Source: a virus
Length of the DNA stretch: 64,000 nucleotides
Virus record (IMG/VR): IMGVR_UViG_3300028597_000007
Direction: 5' to 3' (one strand)
Below the pieces are notes generated by a model. The model ran no database searches and was not told the origin of the DNA. It saw nothing but the letters and a program-made list of their open reading frames with translations. Positions 8,879 to 17,510 of this stretch are shown here, piece after piece. The position numbers and the translations under genes are program-made. Numbering within the stretch: the first letter of the stretch is position 1; every line of letters begins with the position of its first letter.

Positions 8879-9160
8879 ATGTTCAAGTTTATCGTCGTAG
8901 CAGTTCTCGGGATGGTCTCTCAGGGCGCTATGGCTACGAGTCAATTGCAGCAAGAGCAACCTGATCCAATCGTCAAGATGATCCAAGCCGCCAAGGATCA
9001 AGGCCTCGCTGTAGCCCAGTGTCGCTATGGGCTGTGTCGCGATACAGAAGACGGTGATTATGTAGTCATCGACGGCTACGACAAGGACGGCTATTACGCC
9101 TATGATCCTTCCGTGGCCACCCCATCAGACGGCTTTGATTCAAACATGGTTGAAAACTAA
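8879..9160 (+). CDS. small exported protein with a Sec signal peptide
   Basis: MFKFIVVAVLGMVSQGAMA (basic, hydrophobic, AxA site); two Cys; RBS GGAG. Confidence 0.75.
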   Translation: MFKFIVVAVLGMVSQGAMATSQLQQEQPDPIVKMIQAAKDQGLAVAQCRYGLCRDTEDGDYVVIDGYDKDGYYAYDPSVATPSDGFDSNMVEN

Positions 9161-9174
9161 ACCATCTAGGTGAG
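9153..9174 (+). promoter_or_regulatory. phage promoter motif AAAACTAAACCATC-N4-TGAG
   Basis: Consensus-like; upstream of the 9214 operon. Confidence 0.6.
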
Positions 9175-9213
9175 CCGTTGTTGCATTAAACTACTTCTCC
9201 AGAGAACGACAAA

Positions 9214-10254
9214 ATGGAAGCAAGTGTATTCAAGCGCCGCTTGAAAGGCACCCAACGGATGTACCGTGAGGAATCATCTGCTTGGATGGAAATGGGCATG
9301 GACAACATTGCCCGAACGGATGTCCTGCGACTGTTGGGCGTCACTGAAGATGGCAGCGACATTGTGCGAGCGATGCGTGGTCAGTTCGATAACGTCCTGC
9401 ATCACTATCAGAAGTATGGGCGCCATTACCTACCGTGGACCAAGCCTGAGCTTAATCCATACTTCGGTTGGTTGTTGACCCTGTGCTACATCGTTATTAC
9501 CCGCGCGCGCATGCATCCTCGGGCACTGCCACCGTTCCTGGTAAAGGTCACTCGTGACCCGCACCTGGTTATGCGAGTGTCGTACAAGATCCTCAACTTC
9601 ATCCACGACCATACACAGTGGAGCCGAGGTGAGGAGTGGGTACAGGGGCTGTTGCAAGACATGAACATGCCATACAACCCTATCGGCGTCTGGCGCGAAT
9701 CGGACGACATTCTCGCGGTAGCCAACCTCATTGGTTGCCGTAAGTGGGAAAAGCTCGGCGTTGGCAGTATCTGGCGGCTACAGGACTTCTACGAGAAGAA
9801 CCCTGACCCTCAGATCGATGCATTCTCCCTGGACCCTGAGATTGGTGGGGTGTTGCCGGAGGATGAGCGTGAAGAGTTCTTGATGGCTTACGCGTTCAAT
9901 GCGATCTCTGCCGAGACTCGTCGCCCGCTGTACCTGACCATGCCTTTCTCTGTGGACATGCAACTCAACATCATGCGTGCGGTGTTGATCACTAACAAGT
10001 GCATTACGCTGGAAGGCCTTATCATGCCGGACACCGATGAGCTGATCCAAGAGCTTATCCGGTACATGCAAGTCATGCGCACCGAACCCATCCCGCAGCC
10101 TCGTGCCGTGGAGTTAAGCAAGCGCATGTATGAGCGCTTTGGGTTCAACCTTCTGACAGACCAGAACGATATGGAGCAAATGCGGATCTTCCAAGTTTGC
10201 TCTATCTTCGCACTCTGCCTTGCCCCAGAAGGCGAGTCCAACCTGCTTAACTGA
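9214..10254 (+). CDS. hypothetical protein (346 aa)
   Basis: Long ORF downstream of a promoter motif. Confidence 0.8.
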   Translation: MEASVFKRRLKGTQRMYREESSAWMEMGMDNIARTDVLRLLGVTEDGSDIVRAMRGQFDNVLHHYQKYGRHYLPWTKPELNPYFGWLLTLCYIVITRARMHPRALPPFLVKVTRDPHLVMRVSYKILNFIHDHTQWSRGEEWVQGLLQDMNMPYNPIGVWRESDDILAVANLIGCRKWEKLGVGSIWRLQDFYEKNPDPQIDAFSLDPEIGGVLPEDEREEFLMAYAFNAISAETRRPLYLTMPFSVDMQLNIMRAVLITNKCITLEGLIMPDTDELIQELIRYMQVMRTEPIPQPRAVELSKRMYERFGFNLLTDQNDMEQMRIFQVCSIFALCLAPEGESNLLN

Positions 10255-10266
10255 AGGAGCAACCCC

Positions 10267-10692
10267 ATGGCAAACGTACATCTCGGCCAGCCGCCTAGTC
10301 CTGAAACCCTCCTAGCTGGTGGGTCCATTGACGTGGCAATTGTGGAAACTGGAGTGGAGCAGGTAGCCTTACTGCATCGACGTCCTCCGACGATGAACGA
10401 AACACTGCAAATCCATGCAACCATGGCTGATCATCGCGTATCCCATACGCAGTGCCCGTTTTCAGTTGTCGTGATCGAACCTGCATCCTACGCCAACCTT
10501 TTGGCTTATGGTGTGATTGACACTGAATACAACATTAGCTCGGACACGGGCTACTTGGTGTTCATCGAGAACCTGAACGAACCGACGAAGTTCGAAAGGC
10601 TTCTACCCAACGATGAGCGGGTACTTAACCACATAGGAGTGGTCAGGCACTCTGTGTCTGGCCGAACAGACAATGGCAAAAAAGAAGACTGA
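10267..10692 (+). CDS. hypothetical protein
   Basis: RBS AAGGAG. Confidence 0.75.
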   Translation: MANVHLGQPPSPETLLAGGSIDVAIVETGVEQVALLHRRPPTMNETLQIHATMADHRVSHTQCPFSVVVIEPASYANLLAYGVIDTEYNISSDTGYLVFIENLNEPTKFERLLPNDERVLNHIGVVRHSVSGRTDNGKKED

Positions 10693-11185
10693 AATCTTCT
10701 ACACTTCCTGCATGGGGCAGGGTAGTGCTGAGTTCTCCTTGGTCGAGGGTTTCTTCGGCCGAGGAGTTTATGTGGGCAGGCGGAAGTTGGCTGATGAGAA
10801 TCAGTTGGCTCTCTACCATGAACAACTCAAAGCGGCACACATGACCATCCCCAGTGGCACTGTCTATGTCACGGTCATGGAGCCTTTCCGCATGGGTGAC
10901 CTTATCAACAACGGCAGTGTACTGGCGAAGGAATTGTTCCTCGCCATGCAGAGCCATCTGGAAGCGGACTACCACAAACGTAAGCCGGTACCCAGCGCCA
11001 ATATCTGTTACGTGGGGAAGGACTTTGCTGGTCGCCTGGACAAAGTCCGTCCTCTACTCAATGGGTTTGATCGAGCGATTATTCGTGAGGGCATTGCGGA
11101 CACGCTGCTCGACAACCTGCCTGTGAATGCTCGTCATGTGTTCAACCGCTACGAGCTTCAACAACTAAGGGACATAAGGGGTTAA
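10673..11185 (+). CDS. hypothetical protein
   Basis: Tiled ORF. Confidence 0.75.
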   Translation: MAKKKTEIFYTSCMGQGSAEFSLVEGFFGRGVYVGRRKLADENQLALYHEQLKAAHMTIPSGTVYVTVMEPFRMGDLINNGSVLAKELFLAMQSHLEADYHKRKPVPSANICYVGKDFAGRLDKVRPLLNGFDRAIIREGIADTLLDNLPVNARHVFNRYELQQLRDIRG

Positions 11186-11187
11186 GT

Positions 11188-12354
11188 GTGAAACAAGCCG
11201 AATACCTGAGTACCGTTCTGGGACCCAAGTACAAACTGACCACATTCGAAGTTGACACCATGGCGGCAGCCTTGGCGGAAATCTACCGCACTGGTTTCCG
11301 CATGAAACTGGACGGCGCTCCATTGCTGTGGGACTTCGATACCTTTACCGATGACGAGATCTACGAGGTGGTTCGTCAAGGTATCAACTACTGGGGCCTG
11401 CTGTCGCGCCTGGGTCACACCGCCGACCCAGTAGGCGTCTTCCATACCCTGCGCATGTTCATGACCAAGGGCGATGCACCGAGCGACCTGCGCAAGGTTG
11501 CCATGGTGCTACTGACCGAGTGGTCTGAAGGCGTGGTTTTGGAAGAGCGTTCTCGCCAGATCGCCCCGCAAGAATCCGACGAAGCGCCAGTGCGTAAGCG
11601 CCTGTCTGACCTGGCCATGGGCATGGAGGTCGAACACGAGGGCTGGCTGGCCACTGGCAAGTACCCGCTGCAGGTGCCCAACGAAAACGGCGTCGGTAGC
11701 GAGACCACCATCATCGACCTGGACCAGCCCTTCGACGAAGAGAAGCTGCCTGCTGCCCTGAGCATTGCTCGTCTGATGCGCGCCGCCTGGAACGCAGAGA
11801 AGGGCATCGTTGAACCAATGCGCGTCGAGGCCATGGTCGAGCTGCTGGCTGGCCTGTTCCATGCCGAGCGCGTCATGTTCGAGCAGAAGATCAACGAAGC
11901 GCAAAGCAGTCGCAGTGAAGCCAGCAGTCTCTGGCCGAAACACGAGGGTCACTGGATCTTTGATCAGCAGGTATCTGTTCTGCAACCTGGCTTGAAGATG
12001 GCCCACGACCACCCGAACCGCATGGAAGTGGAAGCCGCCGTCAACCGCGCTGCTCGCTTTGCGGTATCTCGTGCCAGTGGCATGGGTACCAGCCGCATCT
12101 TCAACATCGAAGGCTTCGTCCACAACGTGGCTCTCGGTCTGTTGGGCGATGGTCAGGATGGTGAGAACTTCGACATCGGCGAGATGTTCGGCCGTTCCGA
12201 GGTTCACCTCCCCTGCACTCGCCAGCACGTCGATGATGTCGGAACTACCCTGCCACAAGTCGGCGATCAACTCAACGCCGTAGCACAAGAAGCAAATGCT
12301 CCAGCGCGTAAACCACGTACGCGTAAACCTGCTGTACAACCAACCGCCAAGTAA
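11188..12354 (+). CDS. hypothetical multidomain protein with a basic C-terminal tail
   Basis: GTG after AAGGGG; biased codon use; followed by a terminator. Confidence 0.8.
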   Translation: MKQAEYLSTVLGPKYKLTTFEVDTMAAALAEIYRTGFRMKLDGAPLLWDFDTFTDDEIYEVVRQGINYWGLLSRLGHTADPVGVFHTLRMFMTKGDAPSDLRKVAMVLLTEWSEGVVLEERSRQIAPQESDEAPVRKRLSDLAMGMEVEHEGWLATGKYPLQVPNENGVGSETTIIDLDQPFDEEKLPAALSIARLMRAAWNAEKGIVEPMRVEAMVELLAGLFHAERVMFEQKINEAQSSRSEASSLWPKHEGHWIFDQQVSVLQPGLKMAHDHPNRMEVEAAVNRAARFAVSRASGMGTSRIFNIEGFVHNVALGLLGDGQDGENFDIGEMFGRSEVHLPCTRQHVDDVGTTLPQVGDQLNAVAQEANAPARKPRTRKPAVQPTAK

Positions 12355-12362
12355 ATGCGTCT

Positions 12363-12395
12363 GGCCTGCTCCCTCACGGGAGTGGGCCTTATGCC
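12363..12395 (+). terminator. terminator-like hairpin followed by TTATGCC
   Basis: GGCCTGCTCCC-TCAC-GGGAGTGGGCC, 11 bp including G-U pairs. Confidence 0.65.
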
Positions 12396-12408
12396 ATCGG
12401 AGAGAATC

Positions 12409-13707
12409 ATGGATCGTCCAGAAGCATTTCAAACCAACATCATCACTGGTCTGTACCTGTTCCAGATGCTGTATCGCCAACAGCTCAACGACCACCCAGA
12501 CCTTGACAATGGTATCGAACTGGCCCTGTCCAGTGATATCGATACGTCCGATCAAAAGGACATTGACAACGTCGCCATTCACACACTGGACATGGCGCGC
12601 ACTCAGCTGGGCCTGCAACAGATCCTGCGCCTGACCACCGGATTGTTCAACATGTCCGTTCTCAAAGTCCTGGCCGAGCAGATCGTGGAGCACGAACAGG
12701 AGATCAATTGGGACGCAGTGGGTGACAACATCCCAGTGTTGGCCGATCTCTACCACCTGAACGGCATGTTCCGTCCTTACCTCGACTGCGATCTGGGACG
12801 CGTTCGCGGTGACAGTGTTCGTAAGGCCATGATGGAATTGCCTAAGCTGCTGGATTCGGTGGTGTGGGGTGGCTACTTCTCCACCAACTCCGACTACACT
12901 TACATGCTGGTGTGGAAGGAACACTTCCCCACCTGGACTGGTTTGCAAAAGACACTGCAGGAGGCCGGTTGTCACCCGCGTGATGATGACCACAACTCCA
13001 ATGCAGTAGAGAACCTCATGAACGGCGACACTGCCGTCTTCGAGGCTTTCTGTTATCTCCACAGCCTCACCGTCGACCAAGCTCGGCATTGGGAAGACAT
13101 GGTTGTTGGTTGGGGTCACACTGACCGCAAGGGCTCCGTTGATCGGGCTATCCGCATCAAGACCCCAGAGTCAATTGATCTGCTCATGGCAGGTGCACTG
13201 TCGGCAGGCTTCCCCGTTCACGACCGTGAAGCCGAGTCCCCATACGCTGACCTGATCATGCAGATCAATGGGTTCATCAATTTCATTGAACGCCAACGGG
13301 TCAACTTGATGATCGAAGGCCTAGCGCCGATCCTTTACATGGAACTGACCAACGCAGACACCTCGCGTTACAAGTCCCAGAAGTGGCGCGGGGTACCAGT
13401 CAGTCCAGGCCACTTGGCGACTATGAACTACCTGGACGATAACGTTGATGTGGATCTGATCCCCATTCTCAAACTGCGTGCCTCCAAGTACGCCAACCGC
13501 AATACCAGCAACAACTACACCGTCAGCCTTCACGGCGAAAACTATACCGGGGAGCCTAGTTCCGAGGAAGAGTTCTTCCGCGAAGGCGGTGAGATCGCAG
13601 CACGTCGTAGTAACCGGCGCCCGTCGGCCAACCGCGTGATCTACCTGGTTGACCAACTCTGTGAAATCATCCACAACGACTTCACTCGTCTGGGTTACTT
13701 CAGCTAA
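12409..13707 (+). CDS. hypothetical protein (about 430 aa)
   Basis: ATG 12409 preceded by GGAGAG and lying after the hairpin. Confidence 0.8.
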   Translation: MDRPEAFQTNIITGLYLFQMLYRQQLNDHPDLDNGIELALSSDIDTSDQKDIDNVAIHTLDMARTQLGLQQILRLTTGLFNMSVLKVLAEQIVEHEQEINWDAVGDNIPVLADLYHLNGMFRPYLDCDLGRVRGDSVRKAMMELPKLLDSVVWGGYFSTNSDYTYMLVWKEHFPTWTGLQKTLQEAGCHPRDDDHNSNAVENLMNGDTAVFEAFCYLHSLTVDQARHWEDMVVGWGHTDRKGSVDRAIRIKTPESIDLLMAGALSAGFPVHDREAESPYADLIMQINGFINFIERQRVNLMIEGLAPILYMELTNADTSRYKSQKWRGVPVSPGHLATMNYLDDNVDVDLIPILKLRASKYANRNTSNNYTVSLHGENYTGEPSSEEEFFREGGEIAARRSNRRPSANRVIYLVDQLCEIIHNDFTRLGYFS

Positions 13708-13708
13708 C

Positions 13709-13765
13709 GGCATAGCCTCCCCTGCCTTGCGGCAGGGGAGGCCACTGTCACGCGTTTTCTTTTTG
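13709..13765. terminator. bidirectional terminator between convergent genes
   Basis: GGCATA then GCCTCCCCTGCC-TTGC-GGCAGGGGAGGC, then a T tract. Confidence 0.85.
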
Positions 13766-14065
13766 TTCCGGGGCGTAATAGATCGCCATCAACACACGGC
13801 CTTCCTGCCCCTGGCACTGGACGTCAGGGATACGTTCGGCAGTGTAGCCAGTGGATACATGCAGACCCATCTTGGCGTGTTCGGATGAGCAAGAGATAAC
13901 CATGGCTTCCTTAAGCGCACCTGGCTTCTTGTTGTCCAGGTGGCAGGTTACCCGGTACAGGCTGTTTGGACGCTTGGGCTTGGCCGGAGGTGTGTTAAAA
14001 TCTGGATGGCATTCCACTTCTGAGTTTTCCTTGGACTTCTGACGGGGGTGTTGGTACGGGTGCAT
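13748..14065 (-). CDS. hypothetical protein
   Basis: TAATG coupling to the upstream minus-strand gene. Confidence 0.6.
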   Translation of the reverse strand: MHPYQHPRQKSKENSEVECHPDFNTPPAKPKRPNSLYRVTCHLDNKKPGALKEAMVISCSSEHAKMGLHVSTGYTAERIPDVQCQGQEGRVLMAIYYAPEQKENA

Positions 14066-14307
14066 TAGTGCTTCTCCAACTTTGCCTTGACCAACGTCAA
14101 GTGTTCACAACGAGCGGTCAACGCGTACCCGCCACCATCGTAACGGTGGTCGAAGGAAACAACGGATGGATAGCTGGTTGGGTATCCGCAGCAGTGGTCA
14201 ACATCAGTTGCCCCTTTCAGGTAATGTCTGGTGGCCTGCTTAAACCCGGCTTGGGTGCGGACCACGTAGACAGACCCGAAGATGTGTTCAAAGTTTGGAT
14301 GGCTCAT
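14065..14307 (-). CDS. small hypothetical protein
   Basis: RBS AAGGAGG before the start. Confidence 0.75.
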   Translation of the reverse strand: MSHPNFEHIFGSVYVVRTQAGFKQATRHYLKGATDVDHCCGYPTSYPSVVSFDHRYDGGGYALTARCEHLTLVKAKLEKH

Positions 14308-14316
14308 GGTGCCTCC

Positions 14317-14949
14317 TTAGCAGAGCTGTATGCTATCTCGCTTAAGTTCCATTGGTGCCCGTGGCTCGATACCGGAACATGGCTGACCGGTCAGATCGGC
14401 AAAGAACTGAGGATACGCTTTGTGCTTGATGTCTTCCAGAACAGCTCGGGCCATCCCGCCGGAATGACCAACCGAATAGACCAGGCTGATCACCGATGGG
14501 AACTCAGACGGAAGGGAACTTTGAACCACGTCGCTCACATTGGCCCAATTGCCGAAGCCCAGCTCTTCCACAGCGTGGTCGATCGCGTTCATTACTGCGT
14601 CTGGCGAGAGTACGATGTAGGTCGAGTCAACCACCTGCAGGAAGCCATCTTTCCAGTTGCGGATGGGGGCAACCACTGGTGTTGGCTGATATTCCAATTC
14701 AGCCAGACGGTTGTCGCCATGTGCATTCGGGTTGGTCTCCCGCAGAACGAACACGGTGTTGTTGAGATTAGGGCGATTCATCTCCAGATCGCTACCTACC
14801 AGGTTACGCTCTTCAGCGAGGTCGCGACTGACTACCTGGACTGTGGGACCGTATGCTGCTTTGAGTCCCTGTTCGATACTTGCAAGCACATGGCTCTTGC
14901 CAGTGCCGACTTCGCCTTCTACTGTGATTTCAAGAACCTTGGTTTGCAT
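14317..14949 (-). CDS. P-loop-containing protein
   Basis: Walker A GEVGTGKS after a beta-strand; RBS GGAGA. Confidence 0.75.
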   Translation of the reverse strand: MQTKVLEITVEGEVGTGKSHVLASIEQGLKAAYGPTVQVVSRDLAEERNLVGSDLEMNRPNLNNTVFVLRETNPNAHGDNRLAELEYQPTPVVAPIRNWKDGFLQVVDSTYIVLSPDAVMNAIDHAVEELGFGNWANVSDVVQSSLPSEFPSVISLVYSVGHSGGMARAVLEDIKHKAYPQFFADLTGQPCSGIEPRAPMELKRDSIQLC

Positions 14950-15014
14950 TGCATTCTCCAACGTGTTTAGAAAGTAGCTAGACTATCTTTCCTCCCCTTG
15001 TCATTTGAAGTGCT

Positions 15015-15041
15015 GCATAAAAGCCAGCCTGATGGCTGACT
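15015..15041 (-). terminator. minus-strand terminator
   Basis: Reverse complement reads AGTCAGCC-ATCA-GGCTGGCT-TTTATGC. Confidence 0.6.
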
Positions 15042-15044
15042 GGA

Positions 15045-15450
15045 CTTGATGGATTATTTCTGAACAGATGTTTTATACATTGTGAATACTACTACTACTA
15101 CAAAAGGGCTTCGCCCCCCTGGGGCGCATTCTCCGGTTGGCGGCCTCCTGCGGAGTCCTACCTAGGACGAAGCGCTCTTTACCAGCCATCTCCATTCCTT
15201 TCAGTCATTACAATGTCTAGTAACGCTGCTTCTACAATATCCTGCTCATTACAATATACACGCCCCTGTGGGGCTAAAATTAAAATAGTTTTTCTTTCTC
15301 TTTTCTCTCTTTGCTTTTGGGTTCCCTTAAGGGGAACTTTGGTTGGTATCCTTAGCTTGAGGCTTCGCCTAAACAAAGCTTGTAAACGCGCGGGGGCGCG
15401 GCTGGGCTAGCGTGTGTGCGGGGGCGTCAGCGCGCCCTCGATTGAACTTT
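15045..15450. other. non-coding island with multiple GC hairpins, TAC repeats, three TACAAT boxes and a pyrimidine tract (candidate origin or ncRNA)
   Basis: No credible ORF; many short inverted repeats; composition unlike the flanks. Confidence 0.5.
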
Positions 15451-15455
15451 CCTTC

Positions 15456-15477
15456 AGAACTAAATCATCTTGGTGAA
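15456..15477 (+). promoter_or_regulatory. phage promoter motif AGAACTAAATCATC-N4-TGAA
   Basis: Consensus match upstream of 15516. Confidence 0.7.
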
Positions 15478-15515
15478 GCGCTGTTCGAAAAAGAAATTTT
15501 CCGGGAGAACCCCTC

Positions 15516-15986
15516 ATGGGACGCGTGATCAAGGTTCATGGATTTGACTCACCTCGTGTGGGTCGCATGGCAGACATGATGTTGCTACGGTGGAAGGAAG
15601 CTTTCCTTGTTGCTATGCCGGGAACGACTGTCTGGGAATACCTGGACGCGCTCCCAGCAGATAACCTGGAGATGGACTTCACTCCGAAGTTGTTTACACG
15701 GTTCACGCCGGGGATTGAATATCCCCAGTATTGGATCAGCGACTTCTACCACACCGTTTACTGGGACAGTCTGATTCTGGTTGGTCTGCACCCAGGTATC
15801 ATCTTTGCCGTACCCAACGATCCGGTGGTTCAGCGTTACGTGTTGCTTGGACAAGCAGCGCTGATGCAGCACTATCCTGATTGGTTCGCACGCTTTGGCC
15901 AGACTGGCTGGGCGAGTAATGCGGAATGGGTGAAAGCAGAAGTAGAAGAAGTGCCTCAGGTTAACTGGGTGCACCACACGTATTGA
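15516..15986 (+). CDS. hypothetical protein
   Basis: RBS GGGAG; downstream of a promoter motif. Confidence 0.75.
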   Translation: MGRVIKVHGFDSPRVGRMADMMLLRWKEAFLVAMPGTTVWEYLDALPADNLEMDFTPKLFTRFTPGIEYPQYWISDFYHTVYWDSLILVGLHPGIIFAVPNDPVVQRYVLLGQAALMQHYPDWFARFGQTGWASNAEWVKAEVEEVPQVNWVHHTY

Positions 15987-16059
15987 AACCGAGTAGTCTG
16001 CTAGGTAGCCCCTAGTGGACTTACTCACTTATGCCCTTTGGGCACCTTTAGGAGTTGTA

Positions 16060-16353
16060 ATGAAACCATCTAAGAAAATCACCATCGCTGAACTGGTCGA
16101 GGAGATCTGGGTTCGCGATAAGGTTCGGGTCGTGATTCACAAGGACCCAGAGTTCATCTGCCGCAACTATCGCTTCTCGCGAGCGCTGCACGGCAACCAC
16201 ACCATCGCTCACCTGAAAGATCGGGTACAGCGTCGGTTGGGCAAGTCTTTCAAGATCGTGCCAAGCTTCACGATCGTCCTGGGTAATGGGTCGATCAATC
16301 CACGGTCGGACATGCACCTGCGCACTGCGCGCAAGTCCTACAAGCGTGGGTAG
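16060..16353 (+). CDS. small basic protein, paralog of 8479-8763
   Basis: RBS AGGAG before ATG 16060. Confidence 0.75.
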   Translation: MKPSKKITIAELVEEIWVRDKVRVVIHKDPEFICRNYRFSRALHGNHTIAHLKDRVQRRLGKSFKIVPSFTIVLGNGSINPRSDMHLRTARKSYKRG

Positions 16354-16432
16354 TCAGTATATTTGGAGAGCACTTTTAGAGGCGCTCCAAGATTACCGCA
16401 AAGAAAAATCAACTGATTCAAGGAATTCGAAC

Positions 16433-17224
16433 GTGACCATTGGTACCGACCCAAACGCAGCACGCGAAGCAAAACAACAATCCAAGCAGCACTCCCAGGA
16501 GCGCATGCGCGTCATTCAGATCATGGCGCCCAAGTCCTACGAATTCGACCACGAGTTCCGTACGGGCTTTGAGTTGGAGGTTGGCTTCTCCAACCGAAAC
16601 GTAGGCGAGCAGCCTATCGTGCGTTTCGAAAGCGTTGACGCAGCCTTCAAGGAACTGCCTGCACAGATCTGCCGTCAGGATTTGATGCCTAACCTGGGCA
16701 AGCCGTTCTTCTTTGTTCGCCAGGTTGAGCAGACCGGCAGCGATACCCGCAACCACCACCCGTACCTGCCAGAGGTTGAAACCTTTGTACCTGCAGGCAT
16801 GGCGGCGATCTACCGCAACATGTACGACACCTTCAAGTACCAGCCATGCATCATCCCACGCGATGGCGCTACCCCACAATCCACGGTGATGGACGTCATG
16901 GCGCTGGAGGTGTTCCACAATCGCACCAACATTGACTGGCTGTTCTCCCCAGATGTGAAGGCTGACGAGTTGGCCAAACGTTTGGGCTTCAATGGCGGTC
17001 AGAAAGATCCAGCTTACCAAGGCGAGTGGTCTGGTATCCTGGATAGCGTGGAACGTGCACTACGCAGCCGTCATCCACGTGATAGCTCGCGGTCCATGAT
17101 GCATCGTGCTAGCGACTGCGTCAACTACATGTACAGCGAGCACCTGCTCCCAGCAGACCCGCACGTACGCCAGCTCCTCCGCCTGCCAATTTCTACCCTG
17201 CGTAACTACGTGGAAGGTTTCTGA
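16433..17224 (+). CDS. hypothetical protein
   Basis: GTG 16433 preceded by AAGGA; biased codons. Confidence 0.8.
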   Translation: MTIGTDPNAAREAKQQSKQHSQERMRVIQIMAPKSYEFDHEFRTGFELEVGFSNRNVGEQPIVRFESVDAAFKELPAQICRQDLMPNLGKPFFFVRQVEQTGSDTRNHHPYLPEVETFVPAGMAAIYRNMYDTFKYQPCIIPRDGATPQSTVMDVMALEVFHNRTNIDWLFSPDVKADELAKRLGFNGGQKDPAYQGEWSGILDSVERALRSRHPRDSSRSMMHRASDCVNYMYSEHLLPADPHVRQLLRLPISTLRNYVEGF

Positions 17225-17225
17225 C

Positions 17226-17495
17226 ATGAACGATCGTTTCAACAAAGACTTCGCTGATATCTTTGGCGACTTCACCAAGCAAGCCACCCTCGATCCCATG
17301 GCCTCCGCTCGCAACTGCATCGCGCCACGCGGCATGATGATGACGGGTGCGAAGTCCTACCCAGGTTCGGTTGGTGCTCGTCAGCCAGTGCCTGGCGTGC
17401 ATGGTGGTATGGTTCGTGGCCAAGAGCCACTGATCGTCAAAAGCGGCCACACCTCGATCACCCGCTTGGCTCTGCGGCATAAAGGCCAGCCGTAA
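17226..17495 (+). CDS. small hypothetical protein
   Basis: ATG immediately after the upstream stop. Confidence 0.6.
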   Translation: MNDRFNKDFADIFGDFTKQATLDPMASARNCIAPRGMMMTGAKSYPGSVGARQPVPGVHGGMVRGQEPLIVKSGHTSITRLALRHKGQP

Positions 17496-17503
17496 GGCCG
17501 GCC
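17476..17503 (-). terminator. terminator of the minus-strand structural gene
   Basis: Reverse complement GGCCGGCC-TTAC-GGCTGGCC-TTTATGCC. Confidence 0.75.
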
Positions 17504-17510
17504 CCAGTGC

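Noticed and set aside
12355-12408. N-terminal extension of the 450-aa ORF
   Set aside because: Region is a terminator-type hairpin; ATG 12409 has the RBS
11509-13119. 536-aa antisense ORF
   Set aside because: Overlaps two well-supported plus-strand genes; shadow frame
15179-15410. Two short ORFs (65 aa each) in the hairpin island
   Set aside because: No RBS, atypical composition, and derived from low-complexity tracts
16433-17224. Nucleotidyltransferase assignment from QTGS...EVETFV
   Set aside because: Catalytic DxD is absent; resemblance too weak to call
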